Positions 9,137-18,842 of a stretch of 64,000 nucleotides of DNA are shown piece by piece (position 1 is the stretch's first letter; every line of letters begins with the position of its first letter). The translations under genes were made by a program, and so were the position numbers. The notes under the pieces were generated by a model that had not been told where the DNA came from, did not search any database, and saw nothing but the letters and a program-made list of their open reading frames with translations. The stretch comes from a virus. The stretch spans positions 35,995 to 99,994 of the IMG/VR virus record IMGVR_UViG_3300049911_000129; one strand, written 5' to 3'.

Positions 9137-9766
9137 GTGGTGGCGATGCAAGCGATAGGCAAGAGTAGGGTCGGACGCGTGGGGTGTGGACACCCGGCGC
9201 CGTGCGGGTGCCCATACGGCGGCGCCTGCTGCGAGGACTGCGTACTGCCAGATTGTGTGCTGCCCGACGAGGTCGAGCTCCGCGGCGCTGCCAGGGCGCG
9301 CCCGTCGGTCGACAAGGTCATGATGATACTGGCGGGCATGCTAGCCGGTGGGCCACGGCCGCTGCCGGAGATACGGATGGCCGTGGAGGGCATAGGGTTC
9401 GGCGAACGAACCCTGTACGCGGCGAAGGACACGCTCGGCATCGTCGGCCAGATGTCCCGCGCGGGCGGGCATCCGACGTGCCTGTGGGCGTTGCCGCCGC
9501 GGGCGACCGAACCACTGGTGGAGGACGAGCCGGCCAAGCCGGCCGCCCCCGCGAGGACGGGGCGTATATTGAAGGTAGGGGACCCGTGTCCGCGCTGCCG
9601 CGGGCGGCTATTCAGCGAGCGGGGCGACCTCTACTGTCTGAACTGCGGGTACAGGGAGTCGGACGGCATCGATGCGGCGCTCGCGATGATCACGACTGAG
9701 CGTGCACTTATCCGTCCCGTACCACTTCCTCTGGTTGCTAGAGGTGAGGAGGTCAGCGATGACTAG
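9137..9766 (+). CDS. Cys-rich putative DNA-binding protein (wHTH-like middle, Zn ribbon)
   Basis: CCEDCVLPDC; CPRCRG...CLNCG. Confidence 0.6.
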   Translation: MVAMQAIGKSRVGRVGCGHPAPCGCPYGGACCEDCVLPDCVLPDEVELRGAARARPSVDKVMMILAGMLAGGPRPLPEIRMAVEGIGFGERTLYAAKDTLGIVGQMSRAGGHPTCLWALPPRATEPLVEDEPAKPAAPARTGRILKVGDPCPRCRGRLFSERGDLYCLNCGYRESDGIDAALAMITTERALIRPVPLPLVARGEEVSDD

Positions 9767-10223
9767 GATAGCCATCGTAGGCCCGAAGTCGGGCGTCAAC
9801 TCGATGCGTGTGGTCAGCTACGTGCGCGACCTCCCGGTCGGGACGGTAGTGGTCTCGACGGGGGCGAAGGGCGTAGAGGAAACCGCGGCGTGGGCGGCCG
9901 AGGCACGCAGCCTCGAGACGGTCGTCTGCCGACCCGACTGGGACCGCTTCGTCCTCGTCGGCGGCAGGGGCACCGACAAATGGGCCGCGCTCGACGCCAT
10001 GAACAACGACATCGTGGACAAGTGCGACGAGGTGCATGCGTTCCTGCACTGGGGCTCGAGGGACGGCCATGTGCTGTCGGTGGCGGCCAAGGCCCGGCGG
10101 CTCGGCAAGACGGTCATCGTCCGCTGGGACAACGGCAACGAGGCCATAGTCCCACGTCTGCCGCCCCCGCTGCGCGCGTCGCTCGCGCGATTCCTATTCC
10201 CATGGGAGGACGCGTCGCGATGA
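9759..10223 (+). CDS. SLOG-family (DUF2493/YspA-like) protein
   Basis: RIAIVG, VVSTGAKGV, PDW, NDIVDKCD, ARRLGK. Confidence 0.7.
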   Translation: MTRIAIVGPKSGVNSMRVVSYVRDLPVGTVVVSTGAKGVEETAAWAAEARSLETVVCRPDWDRFVLVGGRGTDKWAALDAMNNDIVDKCDEVHAFLHWGSRDGHVLSVAAKARRLGKTVIVRWDNGNEAIVPRLPPPLRASLARFLFPWEDASR

Positions 10224-10495
10224 AGGTAGGGGACTACATCCGGCCCAGGGACCGGAAGCGGCAGGACGAGGTCTTCCTGGTCGCGAGCATCGAGCTCGAG
10301 ATAGACGAGGGGTACCTCGCGAGGGGCGGCAACAGGCAGCTGGCGGCGATGCCGATACTGCAGCTGACGGCCCCGCCGGGGTCGCCGTATGGGGACCAGG
10401 TCCTGCGGTCGCCGTGGGACTTCGAGGTCATGACGGACCGGTCACCCAGGACGATGGGGAGGCTCAAGGCGGCTTGGCGCAAGCACGGGGTATAA
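10220..10495 (+). CDS. hypothetical protein, paralogue 1
   Basis: MKVGDYI...DEVFLV.IEL.IDE. Confidence 0.65.
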   Translation: MKVGDYIRPRDRKRQDEVFLVASIELEIDEGYLARGGNRQLAAMPILQLTAPPGSPYGDQVLRSPWDFEVMTDRSPRTMGRLKAAWRKHGV

Positions 10496-10513
10496 TATGA
10501 TCGGAGGCACGAG

Positions 10514-10792
10514 GTGAGGGTAGGGGACTGGATTCAGAATAGGGAGCGGCCGGACGAGGTATTCTTGGTCGAGGGCATCGAGCTCACGATCGACGAGACC
10601 CTGGTGCACGAGGCCGGCACGGGTCGGGGCTCGAGGCTACTGAGGCAGAGGGCGGTTATGCCGCTCATCGGGCTGAGGGCACCTACGGAGTCTTCGTACC
10701 CGGGCGGGTTCACGCAGTACCCGGCGGACTTCAGGGTCATATCGGTACAGGAGATGGAGGAGGTCAAGGCATCATGGCGAACGAGAAGCTGA
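10514..10792 (+). CDS. hypothetical protein, paralogue 2
   Basis: MRVGDWI...DEVFLV.IEL.IDE; GGTATAAT at 10489 upstream. Confidence 0.65.
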   Translation: MRVGDWIQNRERPDEVFLVEGIELTIDETLVHEAGTGRGSRLLRQRAVMPLIGLRAPTESSYPGGFTQYPADFRVISVQEMEEVKASWRTRS

Positions 10793-11235
10793 GCCTACCG
10801 CCGGCGGTCATCCGCGCGCTGGCGGCGAGGGCGGTGGAGGTGGACTCGCTGGACGCGGAGATCAAGGCGAAGTCTGCCCGCATGGCGCTGCTGCGCGGCG
10901 AGATACGGGAGACCGTCGAGAAGTACGTCGACCTGGTGCCGCTCGTCGGGGCCAGCAGGATCATCCCGCTGTCCACGGTCGGACGGCAGATCCGCGTGAC
11001 GTACACGACCGGGACGCCCGGCATGGACTACGGCGCGCTCCAGTCGAAGATCGGCGACCGGGTCTTCGCGCGAATCACCAAGGCGACCGCGTGGGAGCTG
11101 GACGTTGACAGGGTGAACAAGGCCATCGAGCGCGAGGAGCTCAAGGAGTCCGACCTCGTGGCCTGCGTTACGGAGGCACCGGCGCGCAAGCCGTCAGTCT
11201 ACGTGGACGACCTGAAGGGGGCAGAGGTATTATGA
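10774..11235 (+). CDS. hypothetical coiled-coil phage protein
   Basis: 153 aa, coupled ORF. Confidence 0.7.
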   Translation: MANEKLSLPPAVIRALAARAVEVDSLDAEIKAKSARMALLRGEIRETVEKYVDLVPLVGASRIIPLSTVGRQIRVTYTTGTPGMDYGALQSKIGDRVFARITKATAWELDVDRVNKAIEREELKESDLVACVTEAPARKPSVYVDDLKGAEVL

Positions 11236-11522
11236 GCGATGACATCGATGGCACGGTCATAGTCGAGGTCTCGGTGCATACCGTTGGCCGCCCGCTGGTG
11301 GCCAAGGTCCGCGACTTCTCCAACTTCACGACGCTGGAGATCCTGGTCAGTGGGGGGCCAACACGCCCGGACCAGAAGATCGCGTTCTTCATCGGGCACC
11401 ACGACGACGCACAGCTCGAGGCCGTGGTCAACGGCATCCTCGAGGCCAGGCCGGAGCTCAGGGAGAAGCTGGTGCGAGAGGACACGGGTCCGGAGGAGGC
11501 GGTAGGCGATGGGCAGGCGTAG
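11232..11522 (+). CDS. hypothetical protein
   Basis: ATGA overlap. Confidence 0.65.
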   Translation: MSDDIDGTVIVEVSVHTVGRPLVAKVRDFSNFTTLEILVSGGPTRPDQKIAFFIGHHDDAQLEAVVNGILEARPELREKLVREDTGPEEAVGDGQA

Positions 11523-11952
11523 GCGCATAGCGGACGGCGACCCGCTGCCGACCAAGGTGACGGTAGACGTCTGCCAGTGGTGCGCGGCGCGCGGCCTGCC
11601 GTGCGAGAAGTATGACATCCCCGAGCTCGGGCTGTCGCAGCTAAGCTGGGAGGTCGCGGCGAGGATCGCCCTCGCCTGGAACGACGGCAACGACCTCAGC
11701 CTCATACTCCGGCGGATCCAAGGGGCGATGGCGTCGAGGGGCAACCTCTCGGACAAGCAGGTGCTCAGCGAGATCCAGTCGGCGCTCATGGCCGGCCTCG
11801 GGCCGGCGGCGGAGGGGTCGCTCTACGGGCGGCCGCTGTCCGAGTGGCTGGCGGTCGGGCGCGCGATGCAGGAGTTCGACATCCACGACGCGGACGAGCT
11901 GCGCCGGCGGATGATCTACCTGAAGGGCGTGATTGCGATGGTGGCGAAGTGA
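11509..11952 (+). CDS. hypothetical protein
   Basis: GGAGG RBS. Confidence 0.6.
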   Translation: MGRRRRIADGDPLPTKVTVDVCQWCAARGLPCEKYDIPELGLSQLSWEVAARIALAWNDGNDLSLILRRIQGAMASRGNLSDKQVLSEIQSALMAGLGPAAEGSLYGRPLSEWLAVGRAMQEFDIHDADELRRRMIYLKGVIAMVAK

Positions 11953-12356
11953 GGCTGATCAGTTGGCTGCAGGACAGGTGGTACGCCGCGAGGTGCTTCG
12001 TGCAGCGCGGCCGCCGCGGCTGGTCGGACGGCGACTGGTGGGTGGGGTACTCATACTTCGGGCGCGTCATGGTCGGTATGCTGACGGAACTGCGGGACAA
12101 GGGCCACGGCTATTGGTGCCCGGACATGCCGTTCCCCAGCAGCTTCTCCCAGGGCGTCGCGTGCGACGATGACGACGCCGACAACGAGTGTCGCCGCTGG
12201 TGGCGGGAGACGCTGACGACGATGATCGAGGGCTTCGAGCGGATGGCCACCGCCGAGGATCTGCTCGGCGACGCCTGGGCGAACCCGGAGACCGATCCGC
12301 AGATCATCGAGGCGCTCAGGCTGTTCGCGCTGTACTGGCCGGCGCTGTGGGACTGA
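11949..12356 (+). CDS. hypothetical phage protein
   Basis: GTGA overlap; ends LFALYWPALWD. Confidence 0.65.
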   Translation: MRLISWLQDRWYAARCFVQRGRRGWSDGDWWVGYSYFGRVMVGMLTELRDKGHGYWCPDMPFPSSFSQGVACDDDDADNECRRWWRETLTTMIEGFERMATAEDLLGDAWANPETDPQIIEALRLFALYWPALWD

Positions 12357-12359
12357 ACG

Positions 12360-13013
12360 ATGCACACGAGCATTAGGCTAGATGCGCTGAGGCTGCCGCT
12401 GGCAGACGAGAGCGTCGACACCATCATCACGGACCCGCCGTGGCACTTCGACCGGCGCGTTAGCGCGAGGGCGAAGGCCGTCAAGGCGACGGACTACCCC
12501 ATCCTGGAGGACCACCAGATGCGGGAGGCGATCGCCGAGGCGTGCAGGGTCCTCAAGCCCGGCGCGCACCTCTATGTGTTCTGCCCCGAGCAGAAGCTCG
12601 GCTGGCTGCTTGGCAACTACCCCCTGATGCTGGAGCACTTCCATACGCTCGTCTGGGTGAAGACGCGCAAGGATGGGACAGACTTGAGGATCGGGCTTGG
12701 GCATTCGTATCGCGTCGCGCATGAGTTCATCGTGTGCTTCTGGCGGCGGTCGTATGACGACGTCAGCGCCGAGATGGCAGGTAAGCCGGTGAAGTTGCGC
12801 CGGCGGCCGCTCATGACTAAGTCTGTTCCGACTGTGTTCTTCGCCCCGCCGATCGGCGGGTCGCGCAAGCCGCCGGAGATCTACGCCGCGCTGGCCCGGG
12901 CGAGCACGCCGCCGGGTGCTGTCATCCTGGACATGTTCGCGGGGCTTGACCCCCTCGGGCAGGCCGGGTTGGACGGGTATGTTACTGTCAGCGGAGACAT
13001 CAGAGCATGGTGA
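12360..13013 (+). CDS. DNA N6/N4 methyltransferase (beta class)
   Basis: ESVDTIITDPPW, RVLKPG, LVWVK, SRKP, VILDMFAG. Confidence 0.8.
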   Translation: MHTSIRLDALRLPLADESVDTIITDPPWHFDRRVSARAKAVKATDYPILEDHQMREAIAEACRVLKPGAHLYVFCPEQKLGWLLGNYPLMLEHFHTLVWVKTRKDGTDLRIGLGHSYRVAHEFIVCFWRRSYDDVSAEMAGKPVKLRRRPLMTKSVPTVFFAPPIGGSRKPPEIYAALARASTPPGAVILDMFAGLDPLGQAGLDGYVTVSGDIRAW

Positions 13014-15643
13014 ATGACGGTGAGGCTCCGCGCTACAAGCCGCGGACCGACAGGCAGCTGAACGACGTCCGGAACCTGGAGGCGGAGGATGTGCCGCCCC
13101 TGACTCCGGGCGCTACCGCGTTGCGGCGGGACGTGCGCAACCCGCGGTGCGAGGCGTGCCCGCTGTCGCAGGGGGTTCTCAACGTCTGCATGATGGGCGA
13201 CGGGCCGGTCCCCGCCGACGGGATGATCATCGGTTCGGCCCCGGGACTGGTGGACGACAGGGTCGGGAGCCCGCTGCGCAATGAGCCCGGGATCTACCTG
13301 GACGAGATACTCGCCGACGCCGGGGTGGCGCGAGACGACGTCTATGTGACGAGCGCGGTCAAGTGCGCTCCGCCGGCCGCCGGCAACAGGGACGCGGACA
13401 TTAAGAAGGCGATCAAGCCGTGCGGCGTCTACCTCAGGCGGGAGATCGAGGCAGTGAAGCCGAAGGTCATCCTCCTCATGGGCGCACCGGCGCTCAAGGC
13501 CATCACCGGCAAGGAGGCAGTGACATCGGCCAGGGGGCAGGAGTACTTCGACGAGGACCTCAAGGCGTGGGTCATCGTATCGATGCACCCGTCGTGGGTC
13601 CTAGAGCACCCCAACGGCCACGACAACTTCTATGGCGACGTCGGGAGGTTCGTGCGCAGGCTCCGCGGGGAGGCGCCACCGGCCGACCCGGAGGTCAGGA
13701 TCTGCATGACGCGCGAGGAGGTGGATCTCTGCCTCGCGAGGTTCGAGAAGGCCGGCCCGTTCAGCTGCGACCTCGAGACCCAAGGCTTCTTCGACTTCAG
13801 GACCGGCGCCAAGATATGGATGCTCGCGCTGTCGGACGACCCGCAACTGGGCTTCGTCATCCCGCTCGAGCACCCTGAGTCGCCGTGGGTTGGGCACGAG
13901 TCATACCTGCGAGACCTGTGGACCCGCATCGGCGCGCTGCTCGAGGGCGGCAAGACGGTGTGGCACAACGCCAAGTTCGACTCGCGGTGGACATACCGCC
14001 GCGGCATCACACCGAACGTCTGGTTCGACACGGCCACCGCGGCCCACCTGCTGGACGAGAACAGGCCGATAAACCTCGAGGACCTGGCGGTCTCCGAGCT
14101 CGGCGCGTCGCGCTGGGGCAAGGGCAAGATCAAGTTCGATCCGCCCGATCCGCTCGAGAAGATGGCCATCTACTCCGGCGTCGACGTCGCGCATACGCAC
14201 GGGCTCTACATGAAGTTCCGCGAGAAGCTAGGGGCGGACCAGCAGCTCGCCAGGCTGTACAAGTACGCCTGCCTACCGGGGGCGGCCGCGCTCTGCAAGG
14301 CAGAGGTGCACGGCATATGGCTCGACCAGAAGCGGCTGGAGACGCGCGAGGGCGAGACAAAGGTACTCGTGGCGGAGACGGTCGAGAAGCTGTACAACTT
14401 CGTCCCGCCGGCGATGCTCGGCGACGCGGAGGCCCAGGCGGCGAAGTCGAAGCTCGGGCACCCGTTCGGGTCGAGCTCGACATTCCTCCTGGAGTGGCTG
14501 TTCGGGGAGGCGGGCCTCGGGGTCAAGGCGCACAGGCTGACGCCGAAGAAGAAGGCGCCGGCGACCGACAAGAGCGCCCTCGACGAGCTCGCGGGCCAGC
14601 ACCCGGCGATCGACCTCGTGCTGATGCTCAGGCACGCCGAGAAGCAGATCACCTTCTTCAACCAGTGGAAGGAGTTCTTAGGACCCGACGGCAGGCTGCA
14701 CCCGTTCTTCAACATGGTCGGCACCGTGACCGGCCGGAGGAGCTGCGCCACGCCGAACCTGCACCAGGTGCCGCGTGAGGTCTACTTGAAGTCCATCTTC
14801 GGCGCGCCTCCTGGGTGGCGGTTCATCGACGCTGACTACTCGCAGGTCGAGCTGCGCATCGCGGCGTTCCTGTCCGGCGACCCGATCATGCTGCTGGCGT
14901 TCCAGTTGGGGCGGGACATCCACTCCCTGACGGCGGCGCAGGTGACCGGCAAGTTCGGGAAGCTGGTAGACCGGTTCGGCCTCGCCGGGCAGGGCATAGA
15001 GGACCTGCTCCACCACGATGACTTCATGGCCGCTATAGAGTCGGCGGTCACCAAGGTCGAGAGGGATATGGCCAAGGCGGTCAACTTCGGGTTCCTCTTC
15101 GGCATGGGCGCCCGCGGGTTCCAGGTGTACGCGAAGGAGAAGTACGGGCTGACCGTCTCGCTCGAGGAGGCGACGGCGTTCCGGGCCATGTTCTTCGGCC
15201 TGTACCGCGAGCTCCTGTCGTGGCACGCGCGGCAGAAGGCGATCCTGCGGAAGTCGCTGGAGGTCAGGGACCCGGCCGGTCGGCTGCGGCACCTGGCGAC
15301 CATCATGTCGGTCGACGAGGGGCTACGCGCAGAGGCCGAGCGGCAGTCCATCAACTCCCCGGTGCAGGGGTTCGGCGGCGACTTGACGCTGACGTCAGAG
15401 GGCATCTTCGGGCTCGAGCTGGACTGGGACGAGTGCAGGATGGTCGGCGAGGTCCATGACTCGATACTGTTCGAGGTCAGGGAGGACCTGGTTGACAAGT
15501 GGGTACCCGTCATAAAGAAGGTCATGGAGTACCCCGAGCTGCGTGAGCGATTCGGACTGGAGTTCACCGTCCCGCTGGTCGCCGACGTCAAGGTCGGCCA
15601 GCATTGGGGCGAGTGCGAGCTGTGGCGGGAGAAGGCCGCATAG
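13007..15643 (+). CDS. polA: DNA polymerase family A with N-terminal uracil-DNA-glycosylase-like domain and 3'-5' exonuclease
   Basis: CEACPL, GSAPG, VKC, HPS (UDG family 4-like); DLET, HNAKFD, FDT (exo); TGRRSC..PNLHQVP, DYSQVELR, AKAVNFG, NSPVQG, VHDS. Confidence 0.95.
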   Translation: MVNDGEAPRYKPRTDRQLNDVRNLEAEDVPPLTPGATALRRDVRNPRCEACPLSQGVLNVCMMGDGPVPADGMIIGSAPGLVDDRVGSPLRNEPGIYLDEILADAGVARDDVYVTSAVKCAPPAAGNRDADIKKAIKPCGVYLRREIEAVKPKVILLMGAPALKAITGKEAVTSARGQEYFDEDLKAWVIVSMHPSWVLEHPNGHDNFYGDVGRFVRRLRGEAPPADPEVRICMTREEVDLCLARFEKAGPFSCDLETQGFFDFRTGAKIWMLALSDDPQLGFVIPLEHPESPWVGHESYLRDLWTRIGALLEGGKTVWHNAKFDSRWTYRRGITPNVWFDTATAAHLLDENRPINLEDLAVSELGASRWGKGKIKFDPPDPLEKMAIYSGVDVAHTHGLYMKFREKLGADQQLARLYKYACLPGAAALCKAEVHGIWLDQKRLETREGETKVLVAETVEKLYNFVPPAMLGDAEAQAAKSKLGHPFGSSSTFLLEWLFGEAGLGVKAHRLTPKKKAPATDKSALDELAGQHPAIDLVLMLRHAEKQITFFNQWKEFLGPDGRLHPFFNMVGTVTGRRSCATPNLHQVPREVYLKSIFGAPPGWRFIDADYSQVELRIAAFLSGDPIMLLAFQLGRDIHSLTAAQVTGKFGKLVDRFGLAGQGIEDLLHHDDFMAAIESAVTKVERDMAKAVNFGFLFGMGARGFQVYAKEKYGLTVSLEEATAFRAMFFGLYRELLSWHARQKAILRKSLEVRDPAGRLRHLATIMSVDEGLRAEAERQSINSPVQGFGGDLTLTSEGIFGLELDWDECRMVGEVHDSILFEVREDLVDKWVPVIKKVMEYPELRERFGLEFTVPLVADVKVGQHWGECELWREKAA

Positions 15644-15728
15644 CCGCCCGCTGACGGCGCGGCCGCCGGCGATCGCGGTATGATAATGAAGGCGCGGGCG
15701 TGCGAGACGCTGGAAGGGAAATGGTACG

Positions 15729-15944
15729 ATGGACATACCAGTCAGGCTAGCCCGGAAGGGCGGCAACGCCGGTGAAAAGCAGGCCGGGGTCTACTACGGT
15801 CGGCTCGTCGGCATCGTGTACGCACCACCGGAGGACGACGTCTTCGGGGTGGTGATCATAGAAGATGGGATCTTCAGGCTGGTCCAGCTTGACCAGCTGA
15901 GGGCGGTTGACATGTCCGATCCCCCCGACGGTACGGAAGTATAG
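15729..15944 (+). CDS. hypothetical protein
   Basis: ORF after GCGGTATGAT promoter-like site at 15675-15684. Confidence 0.55.
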   Translation: MDIPVRLARKGGNAGEKQAGVYYGRLVGIVYAPPEDDVFGVVIIEDGIFRLVQLDQLRAVDMSDPPDGTEV

Positions 15945-15947
15945 AGG

Positions 15948-16181
15948 ATGACGAATGTCGATCTGGTCATGGCGCCCAGGTACCAGCGTGTACGCGCCAT
16001 TGACAGCCCCGACAACAGGGAGCGCGGCTTCGCAGGCAAGTGCGGTGAGATCCGGCACTACTCGTTTGGCGCGCAATCCTGGATGACCCCTGACGTACCA
16101 CCAAAGTCGTACGTCGACGTCGCGTTCGACGACGGGGCGTATGGGGTCAACATCTACGGTACAGAGCTGGAGGTCGAGTGA
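15948..16181 (+). CDS. hypothetical protein
   Basis: coupled ORF. Confidence 0.55.
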   Translation: MTNVDLVMAPRYQRVRAIDSPDNRERGFAGKCGEIRHYSFGAQSWMTPDVPPKSYVDVAFDDGAYGVNIYGTELEVE

Positions 16182-16903
16182 TGGACGCACCGGAGTACCC
16201 GAAGATCAAGACGCTGTGGGTCCGCGGCGAGGACCACAAGGTCATACCGTGGGGCTGGAGCCAGCCGGAGTTCGGGTACCTCCGCGACTGCCAGTGGGAG
16301 TTGACCGAGAAGGTCGACGGGACGAATATCCGCGTGGCGCTGGAGCCGTTCCCGGAGTCGGGTGGGAATCCGTTTGACGACTGGTTCCTCGGCCTCTACG
16401 GGCGCACGAACGCCGCGGATATCCCGCCGTTTCTGGCGGACAAGCTCATGAGGCTGTTCACGGCAGACAATCTGAAGGCGCTCTGGCGCGGTCAGAAGGA
16501 CTGCAAGGAGTGCGGCGGCTTCGGTCGCGTCGGTCCGGCGACCTGCGGGTGCGTCGTGCCGTACCCGATCACCCTCTACGGCGAGGGGTTCGGGGAGCGG
16601 ATACAGAAGGTCGGCCACAAGTACATCCCCGACGGCGTCGACTTTACGCTGTTCGACGTCAGGGTCGGCGACGTGTGGCTGAAGCGCGAGGACGTCTACG
16701 AGGTAGCCGATAGGCTGGGGATCTCGCGCGTGCCGGTCGTGAAGGTGGCGACGCTGCATGAGGCGGCCGTCATGGTGCGCAATGGGATCCGATCGGCCTG
16801 GGGCGACTTCGAGGCCGAGGGCGTGGTGGCGCGGCCGACGGTCGAGCTGCAGACGCGGTTCGGCCGGCGGGTCATAGGCAAGCTGAAGACGAAGGACTTC
16901 TAG
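16181..16903 (+). CDS. ATP-dependent RNA ligase (Rnl2-like)
   Basis: YPKI, TEKVDGTN (motif I), LYGEGFG, FDV, EGVVARP, KLK. Confidence 0.85.
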   Translation: MDAPEYPKIKTLWVRGEDHKVIPWGWSQPEFGYLRDCQWELTEKVDGTNIRVALEPFPESGGNPFDDWFLGLYGRTNAADIPPFLADKLMRLFTADNLKALWRGQKDCKECGGFGRVGPATCGCVVPYPITLYGEGFGERIQKVGHKYIPDGVDFTLFDVRVGDVWLKREDVYEVADRLGISRVPVVKVATLHEAAVMVRNGIRSAWGDFEAEGVVARPTVELQTRFGRRVIGKLKTKDF

Positions 16904-16919
16904 GAAAGGCAGGCACGGG

Positions 16920-17969
16920 ATGTTCGGTAGAGGCGGTAAGGGCTATCCGGACGACAAGGGCTACCCGGGAGATATTCACGGGCGCGACATAGACATAGAG
17001 GCGACCCGAGAGAGGCTTGGCGAGGAGGTTGATCGCGCCAACGATGGGCGGGTGCTGCAGATCGCGCACCACCTGGGCATAGCCCCGGCGTACGTGGAGC
17101 CGCCATGCTATTGTCATACACGCAGTTGCGCTTGCTGCTGCCACCCGCAGTGTGGGCGGTGTTGCGCCTGCAGCAACGACAAGCGCCCGGACTTCGGGAA
17201 GAAGCAGGTCCGGTGCCTCTGCCAGGTGGTGAGGGGCCAGCAGTATCGGCTGATGCACATCAAGTACGGCGATCACGGTGTTGTGACCGCGACGAGCGGT
17301 CCGTACATACGCAGCGGGTCGTGGTGGTTTGACGTGGTGACCTCAAGCGGGTACCACGACCGCCACTCGCTAGTGGACCACAGCGTCGTCCCGATCGTGC
17401 GGGGCCGTTGGAACGAGTCCAACTGGTTGGAGTTCGTCCAGCATGAGACACCCGACGACAAGGGTCGGGCAACCCCGGGCACGCTCTGGCTGTACAAAAA
17501 GTACGCAGAGGCGTTGGCACGGCTCAATGACTGTTGCCGGCGATGTGGGTGCGAGTGCCTGCCGTGCGGGTGCTGTGGCGACCGCTGCTGCCTGTGCTAC
17601 GTGCGGCATGACCGCTGCTATGGCGAGTGCTGCAACGGGCCGAACCAGGCAGCGCGCACGAACTACGGGCCGTGCCACGTTCGGTGCCTCTGCCAGGTGG
17701 TGAGGGGCCAGCGCTACCGGCTGCACTTCCAAGGTCTGGGGACCAAGTTGGTGACCGCGACGAGCGGTCCCTACGAGCGCGACGGGTCGCTGTGGTTCGA
17801 TGCCTGGTACAACGACTGCGGATTCAAGCGTGAGTGCAAGTACTCGCTCGCGGACCTCGGGGTCGTCCGGAGCAGGTGTGGCGCGAACAGCGGGTGGGGA
17901 GGTTGGGCGCAGGGCGACTGGATGGAACACATAGATCCGGCGCACAGCGGCTACCAACTGGACTACTAG
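16920..17969 (+). CDS. Cys-rich protein with internally duplicated domain
   Basis: Two VRCLCQVVRGQxYRL...VTATSGPY units, each preceded by a Cys cluster. Confidence 0.65.
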   Translation: MFGRGGKGYPDDKGYPGDIHGRDIDIEATRERLGEEVDRANDGRVLQIAHHLGIAPAYVEPPCYCHTRSCACCCHPQCGRCCACSNDKRPDFGKKQVRCLCQVVRGQQYRLMHIKYGDHGVVTATSGPYIRSGSWWFDVVTSSGYHDRHSLVDHSVVPIVRGRWNESNWLEFVQHETPDDKGRATPGTLWLYKKYAEALARLNDCCRRCGCECLPCGCCGDRCCLCYVRHDRCYGECCNGPNQAARTNYGPCHVRCLCQVVRGQRYRLHFQGLGTKLVTATSGPYERDGSLWFDAWYNDCGFKRECKYSLADLGVVRSRCGANSGWGGWAQGDWMEHIDPAHSGYQLDY

Positions 17970-17976
17970 GATACGG

Positions 17977-18423
17977 TTGATGGTCAAGAGCAGGGTCGAG
18001 CTCGGGGGCGATCTGGCCGAGCCGGTCTACGCGAGGTTGAAGGAGATCTTCGGCGGGCAGTACGGCGACTACGTCGTGCTGCGGCGTCGGATGCACGACC
18101 TGGCGGGGGACTTCGGCGACGCGGACATGGTCGTGGCCGTCGCGCTCGAGATAGTCGAGGTCGATGGCGCGAGGTTCTCCCCCATATCGTCCCTCGCGTT
18201 CGTGCACTTCGCGTACGTGAGGGAGAAGCTGGGCTGGCCCGACGGGTCCTGGCGCTACGTGAGGTGGCTCTCCGAAGGGGCGGGCGACGAGCGCACGGCG
18301 TCCTCCGTGGACCACTGGCTGTCGAGGTGGCGCGGCGCGTACGAGGACGGCGACCTAGATGCGCAGCTGGGGTGCGCTGCGGCGCTCGAGGGGCTGTGGT
18401 CCGAGAGGGGAGCGGTGATGTGA
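17977..18423 (+). CDS. hypothetical protein
   Basis: 148 aa ORF. Confidence 0.65.
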   Translation: MMVKSRVELGGDLAEPVYARLKEIFGGQYGDYVVLRRRMHDLAGDFGDADMVVAVALEIVEVDGARFSPISSLAFVHFAYVREKLGWPDGSWRYVRWLSEGAGDERTASSVDHWLSRWRGAYEDGDLDAQLGCAAALEGLWSERGAVM

Positions 18424-18842
18424 GCGAGCTGAGGGTCGGCTACCACTACACCCCATGCGCGATGTGGCCGCAGATAGAGCGCGACGGGCTGGTCCCGCAG
18501 CGGGTCGTCCACCCGGACATCATCAGGCAGTTCCCGAAGCTGCGGGCGACCTGGCTCTGGCCGGAGATGGAGGTTGGCGACGCCCATCTGGGGAACCTCA
18601 TGCGGCAGGTCGCGGTCCACTGCTCCACGCGCACGGTCCTCCTCGAAGTGCGATACCGATCAATTGACGTGTTCAGGCCCGACCTCATATTTGATCACAG
18701 CGCTGCGGTCGGCGCCTGGGTCTACCACGTGGCCGAACCGGGTATTCTAATAATGCGGCGGGTACCGCCGTCTCGGCTTAAGGTGCTCGGCGTATACGAC
18801 CTGGCGCTACTGTTGACGCCGTTGGAGGGGATCAGTGCCTGA
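18420..18842 (+). CDS. possible ADP-ribosyltransferase-fold (Tpt1/KptA-like) protein
   Basis: YHYT...IERDGLVP ... VLLEV ... VPPSRL. Confidence 0.45.
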   Translation: MSELRVGYHYTPCAMWPQIERDGLVPQRVVHPDIIRQFPKLRATWLWPEMEVGDAHLGNLMRQVAVHCSTRTVLLEVRYRSIDVFRPDLIFDHSAAVGAWVYHVAEPGILIMRRVPPSRLKVLGVYDLALLLTPLEGISA

